A stretch of 64,000 nt of DNA, taken from contig NC_043005.1 of assembly GCF_006345805.1 (NCBI RefSeq), forward strand, positions 59,272,001 to 59,336,000, given 5' to 3'. Source of the DNA: Octopus sinensis. Its lineage: Eukaryota. A program made the translations under genes and the position numbers. Below the pieces are notes generated by a model that was not told the DNA's origin, did not search any database, and was given only the letters and a program-made list of their open reading frames with translations. Positions 50,996 through 64,000 of the stretch are shown here, piece after piece. Each line of letters starts with the position of its first letter. The first letter of the stretch is position 1.

Positions 50996-53889
50996 AAAAA
51001 TGACAGAAGGAAAATGGTGTGTTAGAGAAAAATGGAACGGAAAAACAACACGGACGTAAATTAGGTGCCTTGTGGGAATGCGGTTCTTTGAGGGAGTTAA
51101 GAAGGGTGTAGTTAGTAGGTTTCCGTATAGGAATGTATCTGTGAATGGAGATGTGCATAAGGTCGGAGATATATGTATGGATTGTTTTCGACGTATATCT
51201 ATAGAGGTGCGCATGGGCAGAAGTGAGGAGGAGGCAGAGGGCGTAAATGTTAGTTGAAAGAAAAGGCTCATGGAATATGAAGGGTGTGGTAGAAGTGTGT
51301 GGTAGAAATGTGTGAAGAGTGGGAGATGCTGTTAGTTATGATGTACGGGAAGGAAAGTGAAAATGGTAAAAGAAACATTACATTGCAATATAATGAAAAA
51401 ATGCTTGCACATACACACATCTATTTATATATAAAAATATATATCTTTAAGCAGGTAACAACAAAACTAAACATTCTCGAAACACTCAAGAAGCAATGCT
51501 AATCAATGATGATGTTACTATGCCGTCGCTCACTCTGCTAGAAATAATCTTTTAATGACCCGCTTCTGTCATAAAAAAAAGGAATAACGCACAAAATATG
51601 ATCTAAGTATATTGTATCTTTAAGTCACCGCTGGAACATCTTTAATTATACGTCTGCTCAGTCAAGGGAGACTAGGAGACAAGCAACAACAGGAAATTAC
51701 AAATGTACATTGTTTTGTTTTGCTTCGAATTATTAAATTATTTCGACTGTTTTACTGTTGAAGTAAAACAGAAATAATTTTCAATGGCTATCATTACAAA
51801 AACAGGAAAACACATTTATAAGAACAGCTTGCTATGTTACTGCTTCGAGTAAGTTTTTTTTTTAAGCTGTTAAGAAATGCAAATTATCCAAAATGAAACA
51901 GAAATTATAAAAAAACAACCTGGCTGTCAGGTATCTAACATAATGACAGATTAGAGAGTTAATTTTTTGCACAGCAGTGAAAACTTTTCCTTTTCTTTTG
52001 TTTAATTAGAATCTATATTTTTACTTGTTCTATACATTCAATAGTTTTATTGTCTTTTTGCTCCTACAGCTGTGTTATCTCAAGTTTAAATATAGAAAAT
52101 GAAAATAAAAGAATATCAAGACTTATGTTTGGTTTCATCGAAACTGCTGTCACGTCTTATTACAGTCTGAATATTCTGTAGGCTCCATGTGATTTAATAT
52201 ATATTACATGATTAAATTACATTGTATGTTAAAAGCTCGTTGGCTTGTATTATTATCTAAGTGTGATTATTTTTACGTTAAATTTCAGTTTTTTATTTCG
52301 TGTTTTCTCTTGCAGCAAAGTTGTCTTTTTTATTTTAGATAACATTTGATTAACATTGACTATTTTGTTTGAAGTCTAAATGATAAATAATACAAGAATA
52401 GACTCATTTCTAAATAAGCTCTACCTGCGATATTCCTTGTTTACCATTCTTTATTCAAAGGAATAACAGTAAAATAAGAAAAAATTACAAAAAGTAAGAG
52501 TGGGTGTGAGGTTTAAAAAAAGAGTAAAAACAGATAATTTGGAAATTAATGCTTTAATGTTCGGACAAGTATATTTTATGAGGAATTAATTAGAACATTA
52601 ATATTTATTTGAAGAGCTCAGATGCTTTTACTGATGCCAATATTTCAAGTTTATGTGCTAATCAAATGAGAAACATATCCTGTTGTATATTAGATATACG
52701 AGATTTGTACCAAAAGTAATGCAAACGAGGGCATAATTTTTCTATTAACTGATTCAAATCATTGAAATTGCACATCTGGATATAATAACTCTTTTTTATT
52801 GCAAGCAAGTAACGGGTTCCGAGCAGGAACAACATGTTGACGTCATTGAGTTTATGATAAAGAGGAGTATCCCTATGAATGCAGGTTGGTTGAAATTTAC
52901 GGAAGGCTACATGATATTTTTACGGAGATGGCGCTATTAAAAAGAGCTATTAACACGTGAATGATGTTTAAAGAAGGAGAAATCACGCAGTAGAAAACAG
53001 TTGTAGTGGTTATATGTAGTCAGTATCGGGTGTTGATATGGCTGCGTGATATTATTACAAGAGTTCATATAGAGATGAAGAATAAATTCAAGAACTAGAA
53101 CTATATATTTACTATATAAAAAATATATTTTATTTACTCGTCGATGATGATACACAATCAAAATGTAGAATCTAGTTGAATGAAGTAATCTACACAAAAA
53201 AGTTCAGAGATAGGAAATGCAGAATAACAGCTAAGTGGTGGCTTTCAGTCATGTGGCGTAGAGAAATAGACAGACATAGCAATGACGTGAGTGGTTCTTA
53301 GTCTAATCGACGAAGAAGCGAAGAGCAGGGTTGGCAAGCTGTTTTTATTAATGGAACGCTAGACATTCTAGAAACTTCCAAGAGAAACGCTAAGCTTCTT
53401 GAATGATTAAGATTCACGTCTCATGACACAGATGCTTCGAGAAACTTAGAAAGGGGGCTTTACTCTATAATCTTGCTTGCCAGGGAGATCATTCATCTAT
53501 CTAGCTACCGCTACAAAGTCAACCACAGACACGAATTGCCCGCAATTTAACGAATTGATTCGGGCGAACAGATGAGTGATAAAACGAACTTGCTACACAA
53601 TTGAACTACTTACACAATGCTTTACAGAAGACAGGAAATGGAAATTTTCAGTGAGCAAAAAGCACACACGAGTTGAAAAAGTGGAGAACAAAAGTGTATT
53701 GTGATCTGCCGGAAGGCTTTGGAGCTTACAAAGACCTTTTCCCAGTCTGGTGACAAAATATGAAATGTGGACATATGTTTATGATCCGGAAGCAAAGGCA
53801 CAATTCGTAGAATGGAGTCATACTTTCGGGCCTGTGAAATTTCGGAGCCAGCGATCGGCACAGTGAGTCAGTGTGATTGATTTCTTATT

Positions 53890-54300
53890 GTTGAGATGAC
53901 TAGGGATTCGTTCTCCTTGATTCTTTGGAACATGAAAAATACACTGGGTCTCTATAAAAGCTTAGAGGAGCCACTAGGGGTAGGGAACTGAATAAGAATA
54001 TGAGAAAAGTCCACATTCACTATGACAAGGCATGGTCACACACATCTTTGCCAACAAATCATGAAATCAGGATACTGAGCTGGTCACTTGACCCCCATCT
54101 TCTGTATAGCCCGGATCTGTTATCCTATGACATCCACCTGTTCATTCGAACGAAGGCAGTTATAGGAGACAATGTTTTCATGACACAAACTGAAAGTCGC
54201 TATGAAAAACTGAATACAACAATGCGCTTCTGATTTTTTCAAACACCATGTTGAGTATTACCTTTGTATTCAGGAAGTGTAACTCTATCAACATGTGCAG
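53890..54300 (+). mobile_element. Very old mariner relic
   Basis: KVHIHYDKAWSHTSLPT...LSW...PHLLYSPDLLSYDIHLF resembles LHHDNARPHT...LGWEVLPHPPYSPDLAPSDFHLF. Confidence 0.6.
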
Positions 54301-54704
54301 GTTGAACAATGTATGTCAATTAATAAAGTGTTATGCCTACTTTTGTTTACCTGTACGTCATGGAAATCAGGATAAATTCTGTCCTCATAAGCCTGTAATT
54401 AAATAAGCACAGTTGTAGAAGTGCTATTTTGTCGTATGAAATGTTATCTCTTGCCAATCATTTTGCCAATAATTTCTTTTAATCTCTTGCCAATAATTTC
54501 TTTTAATTGTAATTAAGAACATGAGCATGCAGCATGACACATATTGCACATAACCATATAGGATTATTCCTTCTGATGCGCAACATGACAACATGTTATT
54601 TTTCTGATGGTATATAAGCCTCGTGAATCTTTCAAAACGCATTTAGCTCAATAATTAGATGTTTGGAAAGTTAAATATAACTGGGTGTGCCATAAAATAA
54701 ATAT

Positions 54705-54872
54705 GTTTCAAATTTTGGCATAAGACGAACAGTTTGGTGGTGGGGGGGGTATGCAAGTCGATTACGTCGACCCCTGAGCTTAACTGGTACATATTTAAAT
54801 TACCATAAAGACGGAAGAAGTGCTGCTATGCATTTAGCCCGGCGCGGTAACGATTCAACCAGCTCGCCGCGT
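54705..54872 (-). mobile_element. Decayed SINE family A
   Basis: Reverse GCGGCGAGCTGGTTGAATCGTTACCGCGCCGGG head and AAGTCGATTACGTCGACCCC. Confidence 0.7.
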
Positions 54873-56429
54873 CATAAAATATTACGACTGTTAAACTGGG
54901 TTACAAAGCCATTTCATTTTTACAGTAGGTAAATTGAACTGGTTCTATATAGAATGCTTCCACAATTATCATCAATAGTATTCTTGAAATAAAATGTTTC
55001 TTAGAGTACACATCCGTTCATAATAGTTTCTTAAATCTTGCTCTTATCATTTAGTAAGAGGAATAGCTATAATAGATATTCTATTTTATGGAAGGCAATT
55101 ACTGAGGAATGTACTCGGCACAGACATGTACAACACATCAAGGATGACTAGATATGTAACTACACGTGTTGTTGGTGATTTTTTCTCTTTGGACTTTTCC
55201 TTTTCCCTCTTTTCTTTCTGACAAAGATCTATGTTCGAAAAGTCAAAACCTTTCTCTTTTTACTGAGCGTCAGACTAACCATGTGCACGACCTCTTGTTT
55301 CTTGTTATGTTTAATGTTCGCGTATTTGATTTGATATATATATATATATATATATATATTCGTGTGCGTGTCATGTTTTATGCATTGTATATATTCTTTT
55401 TTTTTAATTGTGTGTTTACATTCATGCATTAATATATATAATGTATATAAATTCCTGTTCTTTATATATTCAGATGCTTTTCGTTGGCGTAACAGTAGAA
55501 GTCAACATGCCGTACATACATTTCAACTCTCTTCAGCATACTTTCTCCCCTATGGCAATTGGAACGGAATTTCAACCTAAACAGGTATGATCGTATTTAA
55601 TGTATTTCTCAGACTAAACCTGTTATTGCTCCTTCATAATTCCTTTGCATAATGAAGCACAAGATTCATTCCAGTCATTTTAAATGGAGAAAGAGAGATT
55701 TACAACTTGGATATTATTCTCTTCGATATAGTAAACATTCTTTATTGTTTCTGCTTTCTCAGACCTGGTTCGGGGCAAAACAGTTTAGAGGTATTTCAGT
55801 ACATATACATGCTTGATGTGTATCAACAATCTGTATCTGTTTCAAAACCGTCTAGAATGAATGACAATCGTTTATGTAGAAAAGCAAAATATTTACCAAA
55901 ATCAATTTTGTTTGTGCTAAGAGAACAATAAGATATGCTTACATAGTAAACATTATAAACTATCGGTGTTTATGTGTGTATAATAATTTTACGGTAAAAG
56001 TAAATTTTTGATTGGTTGTTTCTTTTGATGATGTCTTTTGTTCTTCTCGTGGGTGTTTTGGTCAAAATAGTTTTGTTTCAGCAAAGTCCATCGTTCTGGG
56101 TGGTTGGCTTCCTGGTGACGTCATTTGTATGACAAATATTTTCTTTCTTTGTTGACCACGGTAAGGGAACACATTCTGATTGGTTTTAAGCTTAATTATA
56201 TCATTTGTTTTAATCAAAATATTTATATTTGGCTTAGTTCAGCGTTCTGGTTGGTTGACTTCCTGGTGAGGACTTGGTAACTTGTTTTTGCCTGATGGTC
56301 TTTTAGTAAACGGACTGGTTCCATTCCTTACGAAGTCACTGGTTCGGTCGGCTCGACGTTTATTTGTTTATTTCCTGAGAGTCCGACTTTCACCTGAGAA
56401 AAGTCTAATTGGTTTAGACTAAGGTGACG

Positions 56430-56985
56430 TCAAATAAAATGGCTGAGCGCTCCAAAGACACGCGTACCTTTAACGTAGTGCTTAGGGAGTTTCAGCGTGA
56501 CAAAGTTGGCCCTTTGAATTACAACGAGTGAGTGACCTGGAGCAACGTGAAATAAAGAGTCTTGCTCAAGGATACAACGCGCAATCTTTGAGTTTCTTTT
56601 ATTTCTTTTATATACAACTTAATAAAAAAGCAAATACACACTCACACACACGCATTTATACATACATAACTGGCTTCCCGTCAGTTACAACGACGAAGGT
56701 TCGAGTTGATCCGATCAACGGAACAGCTTGCTCGCGAAATTAAAATGCAAGTGGCTGAGCACTCCACAGACACGTGTACGCTTAACATAGTTCTCGGGGA
56801 GACGCATACTGTGACAAGGCTGGCCTTTTGAAATACAGCTACTAATCATTATTGACAGCTGAGTTGACTGGAGCAAGGTGAATTAAAGTGTCTTGCTCAA
56901 GGACAGGACTCGCTGCCAGGAAATCGAACTCATGACTTTACAATCATGAACTAAATACTCTAATCACAAAGCCATGCACCTTCTC
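56430..56985 (-). mobile_element. Two tandem SINE family-B-related copies with an alternative tail
   Basis: CTGGAGCAA(C/G)GTGAA..AAAG.GTCTTGCTCAAGGA at about 56537 and 56868. Shared GGCTGAGC.CTCCA.AGACACG.GTAC block at about 56441 and 56752. Confidence 0.7.
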
Positions 56986-57099
56986 CACACGTGTGTTTAT
57001 GTTTGTCCCCCACCACCGTTTGATAACTGGTGAAATTATTTTGTGGGACGGCTACGGCTATAGGCCGAGTTCATAGTGAAGATCCATCCGCCACCATCC

Positions 57100-57581
57100 A
57101 TTGGTCCGGAAGAGCAGACAATTTTCCTCTATGATAGCAGTAGCGAAAGCGGTTGTATGGTGGAACAGGGTGAAAGGATTGAAGACGGTCACTTTTCGGC
57201 CAATCCCTCATCAACTTATTCAAATTTCACTTGGAAAGGAAGATGAGGGTGGAGAGAGAAGTGCTGCCTCCCAGTATATTTGCTAAAAGGTGGGTAAATG
57301 TAGCGAAAATGGCACATGTTTGTGGACCTACACCAATAATGCGCCCGTAGGCTAGTGAATTTGAGAGGAAAAAGGGTGCCCTTCTCGGAAAAAGCGTCGA
57401 GTGGTTCAGGATTAGTGAGTTACCTGAGCCAACTCCAGGTGGTTACCCACCTATTGGGGAACTTTCATTGTTATATTATTCTTATTTGATAATATTGTTA
57501 TTGTTTTAACTGTGTACTCCCCACTGTCCACGTCTACTGTATTGCCCCGTATATGTCGGCCCTGGTGACCAATAAATGAAA

Positions 57582-57640
<59 letters not shown>
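57100..57640 (+). mobile_element. Tx1/L1-like LINE 3' end with poly(A) signal and (TAC)n tail
   Basis: MIAVAKAVVWWNRVKGLKT..GQSLINLFKFHLERKMRVEREVLPPSIFAKRW, resembling Tx1-like ORF2 C-termini. AATAAA 57571-57576, then (TAC)n. Confidence 0.55.
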
Positions 57641-57995
57641 ATAATAATAATAATAATAATAATTATTATTATTATTATTGTGTGAGAGAGCAGGGCATGC
57701 CATCAAAGCGACACTGGGGTAAAATATACAAAGCCCAGTATACCCATCATGACTTCCCGTCTGATAAGGGTACACCAGGCACATGCATCACAACCATATG
57801 TGCGCGACATCATGATCTCATATGAAGATAAACAGCGCATGACCTTGCAGGTGGGGCCCAGTTAGAATTTTCTTCTGGTCATGTAGCCCATCCTGCTCAA
57901 AAGGTCCCTGAATAAGGATTGTTTAAGGGTGTTGAACGAACCACCCATGTTTCCAAAGGTGAATTATCCAAATCCAAGAATTCTTTTCAATACAA

Positions 57996-58053
<58 letters not shown>

Positions 58054-58167
58054 ATTCTTCTTCTTCTTCTTCTTCTTCTTCTTCTTCTTCTTCTTCTTCT
58101 TCTTCTCTTCTTCTTCTCTTCTTCTTTCTTCTTCTTCTTCTTCTTCTTCTTCTTATTCTTATTATTA

Positions 58168-58200
<33 letters not shown>

Positions 58201-61200
58201 ATAATATATTATTATTATTATTATTATTTATTATTATTATTCACGATGCATGTATATTTGTGAATGTGTTTGTGTGAGTTTGTTTTTATGTATGAAAATA
58301 AGATAAATATTGATTGAAGTGTCTTCCATACCTTTAAGTAGTTTATCGTATTCCTTATAGTTGCATAAGGGAAAGGTGACGGACGGTAATACAAGTTTCA
58401 TCTTAGTTTCTGAATTTATGTAATAATATATGTATCATCCATTTACATTTTGCTAAACGAACATCAATTCCGTTGTCCTTGGTGTCGTTTGTTGTATAAA
58501 TGATACAAATAATGCTTACAATAATTTTGAAATGCATGATATCTTCAGCAAAAAGCACATTAGCTGCCATCATTTTCAGTTCAATGATATTTTCAAAAGA
58601 AATAATGAAGGAATAAATGGAAATAAATATTGACAATTGGGAAAGCATGCCATTGAACAGGGTCTTATAGATGGTAGATTAAAACTGATCTCGTGGCTCC
58701 TAAATTCAATTACGGTAACGATATGAAATTATTAGAACGTTGTAAGAGGAGAAACACTCGGTATAACTACCTCGCTATCTACTTTAATTCATCTGTGAAA
58801 GCAAATCGGATGCAATGTCTTTACGGATAATTGGACTGTCGACGAGAATACAAAACATAGCCGTTTATATTTAGCTTTGGGACACATTTCTATCCAGTGT
58901 TCAGATTTTTTGTTATAGCCTCTTAATACCAATTCCAATGGCGCCAATATAAAAATAAACACATGCACCTACACGCACGCGCACACATGCATATGCATGC
59001 TTACAAATGCACACGTGATGGAGGTATCTGCTTGCTTTTTCCAACTAGACAATGTTTTATAAGTTTATATTATAAAAATCTTAACGATTTGTGCTACAAT
59101 TTATCACTATATTCTAGAGTTTGCTTCAGTCATAGGCAGAGAGTAATTTCGGTATGATACCGGACTTCACAGAAGGATGTCAGAGCAACTTGTCTGCTGA
59201 AGTTTGAGTGGTTACAAAATACTTTTGATACACATGCCATACGAGATGGATTAGATGCTTTAGGGTTTATCTAGTAAAACGTTTCTAAGTTTTAACTTGA
59301 TAGCTTGCGTCGTCCATTGGCACTCTCGCATAAATAGTAACATAGTCGTTCGCTATATGACAAATACAATTTGCCTTCCAGGGATGCTTTACTTAATTTT
59401 ACTCTATTCTGAATCGTTCTTATATACGTACACACAGATGCACACAGAGGAACACATATACATATTGAATAAAAGTTTAGCTTTTACTCAATATGTGCGT
59501 GTTCCTTCTGCTTTGTGGCTGGGAAAAGTCATTCATCTCTTCAGACATTTGAGATCAGAGAAAAGAAAACTATGACGGCTTTATTATTGAGAGAAGTTAA
59601 CTTCCATTGGTTAGTTCGGGTTACATTGCTATAATGATTACTTAGGGACATCAGTTACTCTGTAGAAACACATATGTCGTAAAGAAGGCAGGATATTATA
59701 TGTTAGGTCATTTTTGGGTGCGCAAGTGTTATTGTGCTCTCAGTGTCTTCAAAAGTGGTGAGACAAAGTGGTGGAAACAATATTGGTTCAATGCCTAATC
59801 ATTTCTCAATCAGTATGTCAAGTACGGGAAAAATAACTCTGCTCTTGTTTCGTGCTAATTATGCCTCTTCAGTGAAACCTACATATATAATCGAACTTGT
59901 TGAATTAGCGACGAGACAATCATTAACTAGCGTTACACTTTAGCAACCAAAGTAGACGTAGAAAGGCTATTTAGAAAATATCTGTTTTGTTTTATATGTA
60001 CACGTATACATGCACATACAAAACTCAGTCATACACTCACAAAGCACACATACAGACATACACGCACACAAAGATACACATACACACAAACACACACACA
60101 CATGCGCACACAAACACACACACACGTAATTTTATAGTACCAGGTCAGTCTTGACTTATAATCAAAGATGGTCCCGTCTTAATTAATCTGACACGATTCC
60201 GTACTTTTTATGAAATCTTAGCATCAGAAGACCTCACACCGAGCATCTATGTTATCAAATGCATCCTAACTACGACCACCCAATCTTATTTTCAGGCATA
60301 GTAGTATATCCAGGTTGTACAGTGTGTCCTCTTTTCAAATGTTATGGTTCAGTGTTATGGTTTCAGTGATATTTGTTTGCTTTTTCTAGCAGACTGGGCA
60401 ATCGAATAAAGGGCCCTTCATTGGCACACCATACACAGTGTATTCAATATGTTGTTGTTTTTCTTAGACGATAAAGGTGGGTTGTTAGAGAAATGTGGCT
60501 GAAATTCCTTGCATATCGGAAATTCCAAACACGCTCGCTTGTTGGCTCGAGTGTAACAAGCCTACTAATGAAATTGAACCACTATTTTATAGCTGACTGG
60601 GTGAATGCCATTCTAGTTTACACTACATATTACTTGCAATTTCTCTCTCTTCCTCCCTCCACCCTCTCTCTGTACGTGTGTGTGTTTAAATGAATGGACG
60701 TTCAGTAATTGGTATACACGACCTCAAAGCACATCAAAAACTGTACGTTTCGTACAGTACACCTTGCATGAAGTTTGCTTTGATCGCTAGCAGTTGGTGT
60801 TTCGTATTTCTGTTTCTACGATTCTTAATAATTGCACTCGCCTTCACTGAATGTAATTTGCAGCTATGACAACGTATGTTGTATTCAAGCGAAGAATTAA
60901 GTTGAAATGATTATTGGAAGGGTTATATTAGATTATATTAACTGGAAAAGCATTTAAATCTCTCTCATCAGTTATGCGACTGACCCAAAGTACAAATGTA
61001 TGTTGGAATTTTGGGGGATTTTGATTTTAACCACCGAGTCAAATATTGAGACAGGAGAGTTTTAAAACTTATAATCAAGAGGGACAGTAATGTCAACGTC
61101 CCTTTACAAGACTTTTGAGACACATAGGACAGAAAAAGAAATTTATTCCAAAATTGGGGACGTGACCCGATTGCTTGCAAAAAAAGGTGTTCGGCCGAAG

Positions 61201-61324
61201 GCATCCAAGTTGCCGAGACGGTGGGTTATGTCTACCAGCTAAGTTGGGCATAATGTAATCTGTGGCTGGAGCAAATGCCACAAGGCATCTTATCTGATGT
61301 TTTAACAGCTCCATCTATCAGCTT

Positions 61325-61445
61325 CCCTGAATTGGTATCTTTTTATCGACCCCGAAGAGAAGAAAGGCGAAATTTGAACTTAGTGCGCAATAAGTCAGGT
61401 GAGATATTCTGTCCAATGCGTTGACGAATCTGCCAATTCGTCACC
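61325..61445 (-). mobile_element. Decayed SINE family-A fragment
   Basis: TTTATCGACCCCGAAGAGAAGAAAGGC and ACGAATCTGCCAATTCGTCACC. Confidence 0.55.
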
Positions 61446-61776
61446 TTTACAAAAAAACTAAAACTAAAAAACGAGTAAAGGAAAAAGGTTTTGGATGGTC
61501 TGACATATATAAGAAGAGCAGCGCACATGGCTTTTTTTTCTGCAAGGTACAGAGAAATGAAGGAAACAAACACCAATATATTGAGTTACTTTCTTAATCA
61601 ATCTCTGCACTAAATACTTGCAATATGGTGTGGACTTTGCTAAAGGCACTGAAGGGCCAGGAGATAGTGTTAGTGCAGGCAATACATATTTAATTTCGTT
61701 TTTGGATTTGGTTTGCAAGATTCTTTATATGAGTTCGTGTGTTGAAGCATATTCTGTTGTGCCTGGGGAGAATAAT

Positions 61777-61949
61777 TTTCTTTCTGTGCCTTATAATGTA
61801 ACACACTCGCCGGTAAAATTTCCACTTATTTCTTATTTTTATTTTTTTTTATTTTCTATTTTATTATTATTATTTTTTTTTATTTTATTATTTTATTTTT
61901 TTGGAAATGTTACCGGTGAGTGTGTTACATTATAAGGCACAGAAAGAAA
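61777..61949. mobile_element. 173-bp MITE/hairpin with 47-bp TIRs and a T-rich spacer
   Basis: 61777-61823 vs 61903-61949, 45/47 complementary. Confidence 0.8.
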
Positions 61950-62611
61950 TTGACTCTACCCACGCACAATAGTACATATTTAATGTTCTACCAAAAACAT
62001 TTATACTTAGCTGGCACCAGATAATATCTTTCTATTTACGCGACTGGTACGAAGTGAAGGCAATTTCATTATCGTATACGGAAGAAAATACATTTCCATG
62101 CTTCCAAACAGCAGTATGAATCTTGGAACTATATGATTTCAAAATAATCTTCTTACCCATACGGCCATTCGTGCACACCGAACAATTTGAAAAATACTTT
62201 TATCAGTATTAATATACGCTATCTAAAAATACAGACCCATAATATGCTTCCTTCTTCAAACAATGTTTCTTTTAAGCCTCACTTACCCGCATACAATCCC
62301 TAATAAAATCAATAATCGATATCGTGTAGGAGTCTTGGCTGCAGTGAAATTCTCTAAAATGTGATAAAAATGTAACACTAAAAGAAGATTTCTAATATTT
62401 TTTCCAATTAAAAAGTTTGTATGTAAGTATATATCTGTTCGTGTGTGTGTGTAGTTTGATGCAATCTGAAGAATTCAATAGCAAACTTTTATTGATAATA
62501 TGTACTTTCAATTATTCTATTGAAAACCATCCTTCTTTAAGGGATACATTAAAAGTGCTTAAACTTTCGACCTCTTCTAGTGAACTTTTACACACACACA
62601 CACACACACAC

Positions 62612-62643
<32 letters not shown>

Positions 62644-62645
<2 letters not shown>

Positions 62646-62724
62646 CAGGGATGGCCATAAGTCGCTTTACTCATTTCTTTATTATCATTAGAAATGGGTA
62701 AAGCGATTTATGCCTATCCCTGTA
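62644..62724. mobile_element. 77-bp Tc1/mariner mini-element (MADE-like) in a TA site
   Basis: TA-CAGGGATGGCCATAAGTCGCTTTACTCATTTCT, 11-nt spacer, AGAAATGGGTAAAGCGATTTATGCCTATCCCTG-TA. 29/33 complementary. Confidence 0.85.
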
Positions 62725-62768
62725 TATATGTTTTTGTATGCGTGCGCGCATTGTGATATATGTATTTT

Positions 62769-62814
<46 letters not shown>

Positions 62815-63051
62815 AATATATACATGTATGTATGTATATATATATATATATACTACTAATATTAGGGAGTATAACTCCAAACTTACAAGGATTATTCAAT
62901 TTAGTATTAAATCAAATTTTACAGTATAAATATATAAAATATAAATTAGAGATAAACCCACTATTATACAACTCAAAGTGTGATAGACATAAATCAATAG
63001 TGGTTTTATCTCTAATTTATATTTTATATATATATATATATATATGTTTAT

Positions 63052-63343
63052 TTATGCGCCCTTGTCAAGCCTAGCCAGGCTCATGGGCCCGGTTTCTGTG
63101 GCGTATGTGTTCCCCCCAGCTAGACAGGACGCCAGTCCATCGCAGCGTTACTCAAGAAACAGGAAGACAGAGTGAAAGAAAGTTGGGCGAGAGAGTAGAA
63201 CAGCGGTCGCCCCCACCTCTGCCGGAGCCTCGTGAAGCTTTTAGGTGTTTTCGGTCAATAAACACACAACGCCCAGTCTGGGAATCGAAACCGCGATCCT
63301 CCGTCCGCGAGTCCGCTGCTCTAACCACTGGGCCATTGCACCT

Positions 63344-63346
<3 letters not shown>
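63052..63346 (-). mobile_element. tRNA-derived SINE family C
   Basis: Reverse head GGAGGTGCAATGGCCCAGTGGTTAGAGCAGCGG...GGTTTCGATTCCCAG. Confidence 0.85.
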
Positions 63347-63432
<86 letters not shown>

Positions 63433-63467
63433 TATATATATATATTATAATATATATATATAATATA

Positions 63468-63540
<73 letters not shown>

Positions 63541-64000
63541 ATGCGTGCTTGTGTGTGTTTTATATTTGTGTACTTATGTAGAAAGATAGAAATTATGACT
63601 ATATTCTAATTTATGCATTTACTTTTGGAATTTTTCGTATCTGCATATCAGGTTCATATATATAAAAGAGGAATAAAGCTTTAGAAATAATTTTTATTAA
63701 CGTGTCCAGGCTACTTCAGCCATATTTTCAGGATATGGAGCGGTGCTGGCTTCTTTAGTATTCCATTTTGTAGTGAGTTGCATTTTTATGTACTCTTTTC
63801 ATCCAGAATTTTGTTTGTGTGTGTGTGCGTGTGCAGATTTTACCGCTTACGTAGAAAGACACACATATAATGCCTACAAAATCTTTATGACTACAAAATG
63901 TCACATTTTAGGAAATTCTTTCCCATAAATGAAAATCATAAAATAAACACCAATTAATAATGGATATTCAAAGGAGGTAGACCAAGGTATTGAAGAATAA

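Noticed and set aside
58403-58648. 81-aa ORF that looks coding-like
   Set aside because: No recognisable motif or supported splice context. It would need a homology or RNA-seq search.

Overview
AT-rich, microsatellite-dense eukaryotic DNA. Its repeat families (tRNA-derived SINEs, mariners, RLE-type LINEs) resemble those of a coleoid cephalopod, probably Octopus; this is inferred from repeat content, not from a search. I can support no intact host protein-coding gene. Most track ORFs are microsatellite or SINE artefacts. The window is a layered transposon graveyard: at least six mariner/Tc1 relics, two non-autonomous Helitrons with an identical 33-nt 3' end, several MITEs and foldbacks, LINE 3' fragments (R4/Dong-like RLE, CR1/L2-like, Tx1-like), Penelope-type minimal hammerhead motifs and more than 25 SINE copies. 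The standout is a ~2.4-kb Crypton-like tyrosine-recombinase element (22641-25052, minus strand). Its ORF carries two stops and two compensating frameshifts but keeps the R-K-HxxR-H-Y catalytic set. One end is a ~165-nt hairpin whose mismatches (three tandem GA pairs, G.T wobbles, GCGAAAGC loop) favour folding of one single strand only. The other end carries a matching paired 9-mer site. The element sits between two arrays of a 26-bp degenerate minisatellite.
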